Shown one piece after another: positions 10,611 through 18,346 of a stretch of DNA of 64,000 nt (position 1 is its first letter; each line of letters starts with the position of its first letter). The stretch lies in NCBI GenBank assembly GCA_045649685.1, contig JAZRQJ010000007.1, positions 52,658-116,657 of the forward strand, in the 5' to 3' direction. Made by a program: the position numbers and the translations under genes. The notes beneath the pieces were generated by a model. That model was given only the letters and a program-made list of their open reading frames with translations, was not told the DNA's origin and made no database searches. Origin of the DNA: Oscillospiraceae bacterium. Lineage in GTDB: Bacteria; Bacillota; Clostridia; Oscillospirales; Ruminococcaceae.

Positions 10611-11708
10611 ATGAGTATAAATAATTATGATTTGAATGGTGAAGAGAATGTTTTTTTTCAATTGGGGAAACTATATGAAAAATATGGTTATGTTAAATTA
10701 AAAATGAACAAGTTTGAAAAATACGATTTTTATGTTAATAATAAGTACTTTTTGAATTCTAGCGGTATGATAACATTTACTGATATAAATGGTGATTTGT
10801 TAGCACTAAAACCGGATAATACATTTTCAATTGCAAAAAGTTTAAGAGTTGGATCAGATGAAGTAAAAAAAATATATTACCATGATGATGTTTACAGAGT
10901 ATGCAGAAAAACAAAGTTATATCATAAGATTATGCAGTATGGTGTGGAATGTATTGGTGGAATAGGTCTTTATAATTTGTGTGAAGTTGTTGGATTGGCA
11001 GCAGATTCTTTGAAAAATATTTCCAGGAATAGTGTTTTAAATATTTCACATTTAGGAGTTATTTTATCTTTATTGGAAAATTTTGATGTTGAAGAAACAC
11101 AGCAATTTGAGCTATTTAAATTTATTGAAGACAAAAATATAAAAGGAATTCAAACAGTTTGTAGTATTATGGAAATTCCTGATGAAATTGTTGCACAAAT
11201 TTTAAGCTTGGTTTCTGCATATGGACCGGTAGAGGTTGTTGTGCCTAAGCTGAAACAAACTATAAAAGATTCTAATGCATTAAGATTTTTAGATGAACTT
11301 GAGTACATTGTTAAAGTAGTACAGAGGCAGGTAGATACTAAAATTATAATTGATATGTCTATAACCATGGGATATATGAATTACTATGATGGCATAATAT
11401 TTAAAGGATTTGTAAAAGATATTTCAAGTAATGTTATTATGGGTGGTCAATATAATAAGTTGATGAAAAGTTTTAACAGATCTATTGATGCAGTTGGTTT
11501 TGCAATTTATTTGGACTATGTAGGCAGAAAAGAAAATAAAGGAAAACATGATATAGATATTTTTGTTTTATATAATGATAATGATGATGTAGACTTGGTT
11601 TATGATAAAGTTCGTAGTTTGATTAATGAAGGAAATACTGTTTTGGCGGGGAAAAATGTTGATAAATCGCTAAGGGCAAAGGCGGTTATGAATTTTAGTG
11701 AAATATAA
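10611..11708 (+). CDS. hisZ: HisRS-paralog, ATP phosphoribosyltransferase regulatory subunit-like
   Basis: About 365 aa with a class-II aaRS-like core and no anticodon-binding domain. It lies directly upstream of a short-form hisG-like gene. The start is set at ATG 10611 behind GAGGAGG. Confidence 0.7.
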   Translation: MSINNYDLNGEENVFFQLGKLYEKYGYVKLKMNKFEKYDFYVNNKYFLNSSGMITFTDINGDLLALKPDNTFSIAKSLRVGSDEVKKIYYHDDVYRVCRKTKLYHKIMQYGVECIGGIGLYNLCEVVGLAADSLKNISRNSVLNISHLGVILSLLENFDVEETQQFELFKFIEDKNIKGIQTVCSIMEIPDEIVAQILSLVSAYGPVEVVVPKLKQTIKDSNALRFLDELEYIVKVVQRQVDTKIIIDMSITMGYMNYYDGIIFKGFVKDISSNVIMGGQYNKLMKSFNRSIDAVGFAIYLDYVGRKENKGKHDIDIFVLYNDNDDVDLVYDKVRSLINEGNTVLAGKNVDKSLRAKAVMNFSEI

Positions 11709-11724
11709 AAAGGAGGTAATCGAT

Positions 11725-12348
11725 TTGTCTGATATTGTCAAAATAGCCTTACCATATGGTGATTATGAAAAGACATTTTTTGATATATTAGATTGCGCTG
11801 GATTTTACTATGATAGTGATTCGAAATTGAACAAAAAGAATAAGAATCAGTTATGTGTGTGTTCGGTTAGTCAATTAGATATAATAACATGTGTTGAACG
11901 TGGTGCTGTTGACTTGGGTATTGTTGGAACAGATATGCTAATGGAATATAGGCCTAAGGTTTTGGAATTGATGGACTTGAATATTGGGCAGCTATATATA
12001 GGAATTGTTGCAAAGCAGAGTTTTGTGGATGATATGGGTAGTGTATTAAGAGTAGCTACGAAATTTCCAAATATTGCTATGGACTATTTTTTAAAGCAAT
12101 GTAGAGATATTGATATAATAAAAATGCATGAGGTTCCAGAAGTTAGTTTAAAAATTGGAATGGCAGATGTTGTTTTAGATGTTATAAAATCAGAAGACAT
12201 TTTGAATAGATATGATTTAAAAATTATTGATACTATTAAGCCAATGGACTTTCATTTAATAGCTAATGTATCATCTTTTCATTTTAAAAATGATGATATA
12301 ACGAATTTTGTTAATAGATTAAAGTTAAATATTGGAAAACATAATTAG
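11725..12348 (+). CDS. hisG: short-form ATP phosphoribosyltransferase-like protein (divergent PRPP loop)
   Basis: Motifs 'VKIALPYG', 'ERGAVDLGIVGTDML' and 'RVATKFPNIA' fit short HisG. TTG start at 11725 behind AAGGAGG. The signature loop reads 'DVIKSEDIL' where 'D-[LIV]-x-x-[ST]-G-x-T-[LM]' is expected. Confidence 0.65.
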   Translation: MSDIVKIALPYGDYEKTFFDILDCAGFYYDSDSKLNKKNKNQLCVCSVSQLDIITCVERGAVDLGIVGTDMLMEYRPKVLELMDLNIGQLYIGIVAKQSFVDDMGSVLRVATKFPNIAMDYFLKQCRDIDIIKMHEVPEVSLKIGMADVVLDVIKSEDILNRYDLKIIDTIKPMDFHLIANVSSFHFKNDDITNFVNRLKLNIGKHN

Positions 12349-12375
12349 TTAACATTTATTGATTTTTATTAGTAA

Positions 12376-12416
12376 AACACTAGGAAGAATTTATAGGACT
12401 TCCTAGTGCTTTTTTG
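12376..12416 (+). terminator. intrinsic terminator after the hisG-like gene
   Basis: CACTAGGAAG ... CTTCCTAGTG stem followed by CTTTTTTG. Confidence 0.85.
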
Positions 12417-12538
12417 TTTTTACATAAATTGTAAACATATTATGAACATATTGTAAATTATATATTAAATCTATATATCGATGTCGAATTGTTTAGTAAA
12501 ATAATACATATCAAGTATGCGGTTAGGAAGTAATAAAA

Positions 12539-13495
12539 GTGAGGCTTAGGGTTTTAAGAAAATATATAAATGGCATTTTGTCATTTGGACTGAACACTGA
12601 TAAGATCAATAGCGATAAGTCATCTAAATTAAATGCAATAAATTCTAATGAGAACATAAGAAAATATTATGAAGATAAATGGAATAAGTATTTTCAAAGT
12701 GAGGGAAAAGTAGGAAAAGAGTTTGTATTAGATAAGGGCGATTGGATATCTGACTCAAATGGCATTTTTGGATTAGGAGAAGGATTTTCCGCTAAGGGTG
12801 AAATACAGTGTTCGGATAAAAATAGAAAGTTTATTATTAATTTAAATGGTAATAGTATTGGGCATAAAAGAAGCGATGTTTCATATAATAGCAGAATTAT
12901 AAATGTATTAGATAGTTCAAAATGTGAGATAAAAAATGGAAGGTTGCAAGCGAAAAAAGTTTTGGATAAAGGCGCCGCGATATGTGTTGAGATGAATGGC
13001 TTTTTACATTGCAATATGTGTATGTTTGAAGATAATCACACTAGTTGTAGTGGCGGAGCAATATATGGTTGCGAATTTTCTAATATAAAATTAAATAAGT
13101 GCCAGTTCAAGAACAATTCAGCAAGTGGATTTGGCGGAGCGATTTTTGTTGGATCAGACGCAATTTTTGAGAGTGTAGATTCTGAATTTGTTGACAATAA
13201 ATCTAAATTTGCACAGGGTGGTGCAGTATATTTTAAGGCAAATTCTGAAAATTTGTTATTTAAGAATTGTACATTTGTAAAAAATAAATCAGAGGATAAT
13301 GGAAAATCAATTTTTGTGGGTGATAAAAACAAACTATTTTGTTTCAATTGTGATTTTGCACATGATGGTTATGATGAAAATAGTGATCAGTTAGTTTATG
13401 CTCATGATTTGGCAATTGTTAAATTGTCTGGATGTAATATTATTGATAATAAGTTATTGCAAAATAAATGTGCATATAATCATCTAAAATCATAA
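12539..13495 (+). CDS. parallel beta-helix repeat protein with Pmp-like GGA[IV]/FxxN repeats
   Basis: Repeated units 'CSGGAIYGCEFSN', 'SGFGGAIFVGSDAIFESVDSEFVDN', 'AQGGAVYFKANSENLLFKNCTFVKN' and 'NGKSIFVGDKNKLFCFNCDF'. GTG start behind AGGAAG. No obvious signal peptide. Confidence 0.6.
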   Translation: MRLRVLRKYINGILSFGLNTDKINSDKSSKLNAINSNENIRKYYEDKWNKYFQSEGKVGKEFVLDKGDWISDSNGIFGLGEGFSAKGEIQCSDKNRKFIINLNGNSIGHKRSDVSYNSRIINVLDSSKCEIKNGRLQAKKVLDKGAAICVEMNGFLHCNMCMFEDNHTSCSGGAIYGCEFSNIKLNKCQFKNNSASGFGGAIFVGSDAIFESVDSEFVDNKSKFAQGGAVYFKANSENLLFKNCTFVKNKSEDNGKSIFVGDKNKLFCFNCDFAHDGYDENSDQLVYAHDLAIVKLSGCNIIDNKLLQNKCAYNHLKS

Positions 13496-13773
13496 TATTT
13501 TAGTATTTTATAAATTGTTTGAAATGCACGTGATTTTGTTCTTGATATTGTACTTTTGTTTACATTGAGTTGATTGGCAATTTGGCTACAATTCATTTTT
13601 CTTACAAAATACATATCTAAAATAGCTCGTTGTTTTTCGCTTAATTCGTTTTTGATAATTGAAACAACAATATTTTTTAGATTTGATATTTTTGTAGAAT
13701 TTGAATTTTCGATTGTCTTTGAAGTTTTTAGCATTTCAGATTCAAATAAATTATCGAAAGATATAGTTTTCAT
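13480..13773 (-). CDS. sigma-70 region-4-type HTH DNA-binding protein (region 4 only)
   Basis: 'LSEKQRAILDMYFVRKMNCSQIANQLNVNKSTISRTKSRAFQTI' fits the sigma70_r4 / UPF0122-like pattern. The start is set at MKTISFD (13773). The 3' end overlaps the convergent gene by 16 nt. Confidence 0.6.
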   Translation of the reverse strand: MKTISFDNLFESEMLKTSKTIENSNSTKISNLKNIVVSIIKNELSEKQRAILDMYFVRKMNCSQIANQLNVNKSTISRTKSRAFQTIYKILKYYDFR

Positions 13774-13940
13774 ATAATACCACGTGCTTTGCAATATTTT
13801 GTTAGTTGATTATGAATAGAACATGTATGCTGGTATTCCGATAACAATAATTTGTATTTTTTTGTATTGTTTTTAAATTTTTTTAATGCAATATAGAGGT
13901 TTTCAGCAGTATGCTTATATTCTAGCATTAGTTTTTTCAT
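13770..13940 (-). CDS. small lysine-rich hypothetical protein (56 aa), not in the ORF track
   Basis: My own translation gives MKKLMLEYKHTAENLYIALKKFKNNTKKYKLLLSEYQHTCSIHNQLTKYCKARGII*. Its TGA overlaps the ATG of the downstream HTH gene (ATGA coupling). The RBS is weak. Confidence 0.4.
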   Translation of the reverse strand: MKKLMLEYKHTAENLYIALKKFKNNTKKYKLLLSEYQHTCSIHNQLTKYCKARGII

Positions 13941-14134
13941 TTTAACATCTCTTTTCTATTAATTTTAACACATAATGTGTGTTTCAGTTAAAAGATATCA
14001 TTAAAAAAAAGGGATGTCAATATAATAAAAATTTTTGTCCCAAAAATGTCGTATTAGTTTATGAAATTGTTATTTTATAAGTAAATAATATGTTTTGTTT
14101 GGGAATATATTTAATATTTTGTGAGGGATTAATA

Positions 14135-14500
14135 ATGTTTAATGAAAATTTGAGAAAAATGAGAAGAAAGATGAACATAACACAAGCTGCACTTGCAAAA
14201 AAGTTAGATGTTTCATCAAGTACAATAGGAATGTATGAACAAGGAAGACGTGAACCAGATTCCAGAATGTTAATTAAAATTGCTGAATTGTTTGGCGTTT
14301 CAGTAGATTATTTGCTTAGCTCAAAGCGTTCTGTCATGTTAACAGAAAGTGTTAATGATTTAGCAGATAGAGTTGAACATGTTTTACGTGATAAGAATAA
14401 ATTTGAAAATTGTGGTGCGAAAGTTAACAATGATACAATTGATTTAATGGTTAAAACAGTGCGTGAAGGGATATATGAAGTATTTCAATCTGCACACTAA
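14135..14500 (+). CDS. XRE-family HTH transcriptional regulator
   Basis: 'LRKMRRKMNITQAALAKKLDVSSSTIGMYEQGRREPDSRMLIKIAELFGVSVDYLL' is a Cro/C1-type HTH. It is divergent from the small-ORF/HTH pair. The start is set at MFNENL. Confidence 0.85.
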   Translation: MFNENLRKMRRKMNITQAALAKKLDVSSSTIGMYEQGRREPDSRMLIKIAELFGVSVDYLLSSKRSVMLTESVNDLADRVEHVLRDKNKFENCGAKVNNDTIDLMVKTVREGIYEVFQSAH

Positions 14501-14703
14501 GTCGTGATATTGAAATTATTTTAACGATAATTTGTAAATTTATCTGTTTTATTCATTTAATTTGTTATATTTTAAAGTCGAAATTTGATAAATTTGATAT
14601 GATTTTGTAATAAATGTAATAGTATTGTTTTTTTTAACTTTTAATAAATATTTTATGTTGAATAAATTTATATTTAAAAAAAATTAGGTGAATATTTGAG
14701 TAT

Positions 14704-14733
14704 AAAAAAAGTCCTGTAACAAGGGCTTTTTTT
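14704..14733. terminator. bidirectional-looking hairpin flanked by an A-run and a T-run
   Basis: AAAAAAA-AGTCCT-GTAACA-AGGGCT-TTTTTT (6-bp stem including one G-T pair), about 200 nt downstream of the XRE gene. Confidence 0.5.
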
Positions 14734-14780
14734 GTTGTGGTTTTAGTTAAATATCATATATACAAATAGTTATGTATAAT

Positions 14781-14901
14781 AGATTTCAACAAATTATGGG
14801 AAATAAAATATGCTTGTATAATAAGAGTTTTTAACATTTTCAACAGAGTTTTTAACATTGAAACAATCGAGTTTTCCACGATATCAACTAAGTTTTCAAC
14901 A
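14781..14901 (+). repeat. phased direct repeats of AG(T/A)TTT(T/C)(A/C)AC(A/G)
   Basis: Boxes start at 14781 (AGATTTCAACA), 14826 (AGTTTTTAACA), 14847 (AGTTTTTAACA), 14870 (AGTTTTCCACG) and 14891 (AGTTTTCAACA). The spacings are 45, 21, 23 and 21 bp. There is an extra ATTTTCAACA at 14836 and an inverted copy at 14984-14993. Confidence 0.75.
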
Positions 14902-15127
14902 ATATAGTATTTACAATGAGTATAAAACTAGAATAATTCCCATGAATATAGCATTTGTTTTTTATAAATGTTATAAAATTTAATGTTGAAAATATAGTAT
15001 GTAGAAAAAACAGATTTACAAATATATGGTAACAGTATAAAATTTTATATTTTTGTTCGTCGTAGAAAATAAATATTAATCTATTTTTGAAAAAATGGTA
15101 AGAATAGGTGCAAAAAAGACAATAACA

Positions 15128-15136
15128 TGGTATAAT
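15128..15136 (+). promoter_or_regulatory. extended -10 element (TGgTATAAT) upstream of rlmB
   Basis: TG at 15128-15129 and TATAAT at 15131-15136. It lies so close to the ATG at 15147 that the true rlmB start may be ATG 15159 or TTG 15171. Confidence 0.5.
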
Positions 15137-15146
15137 GTCCGTATAG

Positions 15147-15905
15147 ATGATTGTAGAGATGGTGATTATTTTGTTGGATTATGTTATATTGGGAAGAAAT
15201 TCTGTTGAAGAAGCCATAAAGGCTGAACGTAATATTGATAAATTATTTATAGCTAAAACAGCTAAAGGTATGAAGAAATTAATCGAAAATGCTAAAAAAG
15301 CAGGGATTGTTATCAAATATGTTGAGTCTTCAAAGTTAAATCAGTATGGAAATAATCATCAAGGTATTGTGGCATTTACTAGTCCAATTAAATATGTTGA
15401 TGTGATTGATATATTAAATGTTGCTAAAAGTAAAGAGGAGCCTCCGTTTATTATACTTTGTGATAGAATAGAAGATCCTCACAATTTAGGAGCGCTTATT
15501 AGAACTGCAGAAGCTGCTGGAGCCCATGGAATTGTAATACCAAAACGTCGTAGTGCATCTGTTACTCCAATTGTTGAGAAAACATCTGCTGGGGCTGTAA
15601 ATTCGTTGTTGGTGGCTCGTGTTTCGAATTTGGTTAGTTGTATAGAATATTTGAAAAAGATGGGGTTATGGATATATTGTGCAGATATGGATGGACAAAA
15701 TTGGTGTGAGACAGATTTATCTGGAGCAGTAGGTTTAGTAGTTGGATCTGAAGGATTTGGTGTTGGAAGTTTAGTTAAGCAAAAATGTGATGGGGTAATA
15801 TCTTTACCTATGCTTGGAAAAATTAATTCGCTAAATGCTTCTGTTGCTGGGGGAATAATTATATATGAAATTTTAAGACAAAGGAACAATATAAAATCAA
15901 AATAA
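15147..15905 (+). CDS. rlmB: 23S rRNA (guanosine-2'-O)-methyltransferase, TrmH/SpoU family
   Basis: Motifs 'DPHNLGALIRTAEAAG', 'VVGSEGFGV' and 'LNASVAGGIIIYE'. The start is uncertain by 4-9 codons. Confidence 0.85.
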   Translation: MIVEMVIILLDYVILGRNSVEEAIKAERNIDKLFIAKTAKGMKKLIENAKKAGIVIKYVESSKLNQYGNNHQGIVAFTSPIKYVDVIDILNVAKSKEEPPFIILCDRIEDPHNLGALIRTAEAAGAHGIVIPKRRSASVTPIVEKTSAGAVNSLLVARVSNLVSCIEYLKKMGLWIYCADMDGQNWCETDLSGAVGLVVGSEGFGVGSLVKQKCDGVISLPMLGKINSLNASVAGGIIIYEILRQRNNIKSK

Positions 15906-15931
15906 AAGTTAGTTGAAGGGAGATAGAACTA

Positions 15932-18280
15932 GTGATTAAGAATGGTAGTAAGGACAATAATATATCAACACTTGAAGATATGCGTGATGCATTAAACTCT
16001 AAAACTAATGACGATGAAAATAAAAGTGAAAAGGAAGAAATTGTTGACAGTGCTCCGGAAATTAGTGAACCAAAACCTGAGGACTTTGAAGAGCTTGAAA
16101 TAGAAGTTAGTGAGCAAGATCCATTAGATAATACAAAGGATTTTGAAATAGTTAAAAAAACGGAAAACTATCAAAAAAAGGTGCATGAATTTACACTTGA
16201 AGAAAAAAGAGAAAAATTTGAAAAATTTATGTCCAATACTATCACTCAAAATATATATAGTGATTCCAGCGGAACTCGGGGACCTAGCACGTTTCATACT
16301 GGCGAATTTTTAAATAAAAATATTAATCAAGAATTAGTAAAATCGTTTGAGAGACAAAAAATTACAGAATCTCAAATTGATAGATTTGATAAATTTCAAA
16401 AACAACGAGATAAGAAAGTAGAAAAATTTAATAGTAAGTATAATGTTATACATGGGGCAGAAGTTCGGCCTTTATATGGGGTTAATGATGTTAGCAATAA
16501 TGAGGAGACAGTAGATTCTGATATATTGGTTGATGAAGTTAATGAAGATTTTGAATATAAGAATAAAGAAGACTTTGAAAATGTAAATAATTATTTGATA
16601 AAGGCAAGAAAAAAGGTTGGAACATCTACTTTATTGTTAACGATTTTATTTGTGATATCCTTAGTGTGGCAGTTTGGAGTTTTTAATTATTTTACTTTGC
16701 CAGCATATTTAACGGTTGCTAAGCCTTTGTCATATCTTGGTTTAAACCTTTTATTTTTGGTTGGTTCGTCAGTTGCTTTTTTAGATGTATTGAAATCTGG
16801 AGTTTTGAGTTTATTTAAATTAAAAGCAAATTCTGATAGTGTAATATCTATTATGATTTTTGGAAATATTTTTCAAAATATACTTTTGTTTTTTTCTGGA
16901 AGCGAGATGATAAACAATAAGAATATATTCTTACTAACACCTGTGGTTATTGGATGCATGACTTTTCATAATTTGGCGAATTATATTACTTATAATAATA
17001 TTTTTAAAAATTTTCAGTTTGTTTGTGATGAAAATTCGAAATATTGTTCAGTTGGAATGGCTAATAATGAAGATTTATTATCGGCTTTTTCTAAAGGCAG
17101 AGGTGGAAAGCGTGTTCCTAGGGTTGCTTTTAAGAGAAAAGCTGGCTTTTTAACTGATTTTATTTATTATTCTTTTGTTGAAAATATTACAGATTCTGTT
17201 GGATATTTTTTGGCCCCTATTAGTTTGTGTTTAAGTATTTTACTTACAATTATTTCGGCAATAGTTTGTGGAAATATATGGATTTCTTTCACTGTTTTTT
17301 CTGTTACTTTATGTTTAACCACCCCATTTTCTTTTCTGTTTTCTGCAGTATTTCCATTTTGCTTTGCTCAAAAAAGGTTGTTTAAATATAAATCCACTTT
17401 TTTGGGATGCGATGCGATTGAATTTGGAAAAACTGATACAATTCTTTTAAATGCTAGGGAATTATTTCCAAGAGGAACTGTTAATTTGGCTGGTATGAGA
17501 GTTTTTAATGGACACAAGATAGATGACTCTATAATTTGTGCAGCCAGTGTTTTAAATGCCTCTAACAGCGTTTTAAAAGATATGTTTATGGATATACTTT
17601 TGGGAAATGATCAGCACTTGAAAAACGTAGATACTATATTGTATGAAGATGGCTTAGGAATATCTGCATGGGTTGATGATAGAAGAATAATTATAGGAAA
17701 TTATGATATGATGGTTAATCATAATGTGATAATGCCATCTATTAGTGAAGTTGATCAAATGAACAAAAATAATTGCGAGTTAATTTTTGTTGCAATATCT
17801 GGGCAGTTAACCGCTGCGTTTATGTATGATATGAGTGTTGATCGTAATGTTGAACTTATATTAAAGTCTTTAGAAAATGAAGGAATATCTGTGGTAATTA
17901 AAAGTGTTGATTTTGTTATTCAGTCAGAAAAATTAGCGGAAAAATTTGATGTTTGTGAGGATTTGTTTAAAATTCTTCCTGCTCAATATCATCAAAGTTA
18001 TAGAAAACAGACTAGAGATATGCAGAGAGATGGATCAGCAGTGATTTGTAGTGATGATTTTATTTCTTTTGCCAATGCTATAATTGAATCTAAAAAGTAT
18101 AGGTTCTTTTCTAGGATTGGAATGGCATTTTCTATTTTTGGAATGTTAGTTTCTATGTTAATATTGGTTTTATTTATAGCAACAAACGCGGTTTATAAAT
18201 TTTCATCTTTAGGTATAATTGTTCTTCATTTAGCTGTTTTATTAGTAATATTTTGTATGAGTTTAATTGGAAAAAAATAA
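15932..18280 (+). CDS. P-type ATPase-like polytopic membrane protein with degenerate catalytic motifs
   Basis: About 230-aa acidic N-terminus, then multiple TM helices. 'LCLTTPFSFLFSAV...AIEFGKTDTILLNARELFPRG' aligns without gaps to P1B-ATPase '...ATP....VDTVVFDKTGTLTEG'. The TGDN and GDGxNDxP positions read 'KSVDF' and 'CSDDFISFA'. GTG start behind GGGAGA. Confidence 0.6.
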   Translation: MIKNGSKDNNISTLEDMRDALNSKTNDDENKSEKEEIVDSAPEISEPKPEDFEELEIEVSEQDPLDNTKDFEIVKKTENYQKKVHEFTLEEKREKFEKFMSNTITQNIYSDSSGTRGPSTFHTGEFLNKNINQELVKSFERQKITESQIDRFDKFQKQRDKKVEKFNSKYNVIHGAEVRPLYGVNDVSNNEETVDSDILVDEVNEDFEYKNKEDFENVNNYLIKARKKVGTSTLLLTILFVISLVWQFGVFNYFTLPAYLTVAKPLSYLGLNLLFLVGSSVAFLDVLKSGVLSLFKLKANSDSVISIMIFGNIFQNILLFFSGSEMINNKNIFLLTPVVIGCMTFHNLANYITYNNIFKNFQFVCDENSKYCSVGMANNEDLLSAFSKGRGGKRVPRVAFKRKAGFLTDFIYYSFVENITDSVGYFLAPISLCLSILLTIISAIVCGNIWISFTVFSVTLCLTTPFSFLFSAVFPFCFAQKRLFKYKSTFLGCDAIEFGKTDTILLNARELFPRGTVNLAGMRVFNGHKIDDSIICAASVLNASNSVLKDMFMDILLGNDQHLKNVDTILYEDGLGISAWVDDRRIIIGNYDMMVNHNVIMPSISEVDQMNKNNCELIFVAISGQLTAAFMYDMSVDRNVELILKSLENEGISVVIKSVDFVIQSEKLAEKFDVCEDLFKILPAQYHQSYRKQTRDMQRDGSAVICSDDFISFANAIIESKKYRFFSRIGMAFSIFGMLVSMLILVLFIATNAVYKFSSLGIIVLHLAVLLVIFCMSLIGKK

Positions 18281-18300
18281 AATTTTAGTTTATAAATATA

Positions 18301-18343
18301 AAAGGAATTGACAAATGCTTTTATTTTGTCAATTCCTTTTTTG
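18301..18343. terminator. bidirectional terminator between the convergent P-type-like gene and ilvD
   Basis: 15-bp stem AAAGGAATTGACAAA / TTTGTCAATTCCTTT with T-runs on either strand. Confidence 0.85.
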
Positions 18344-18346
18344 AAA

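Noticed and set aside
12482-12488. A Spo0A-box-like TGTCGAA upstream of the beta-helix protein gene, with a second copy at about 59203 upstream of secreted paralog 1.
   Set aside because: Single 7-mer matches are expected by chance in AT-rich spacers. The equivalent positions upstream of paralogs 2 and 3 are not conserved as 0A boxes.
14826-14901. The repeat array read as a DnaA-box cluster or replication origin.
   Set aside because: The boxes match TTATCCACA at only 6-7 of 9 positions. No dnaA/dnaN is adjacent and I saw no perfect box. I kept it as an unexplained phased repeat rather than calling it oriC.
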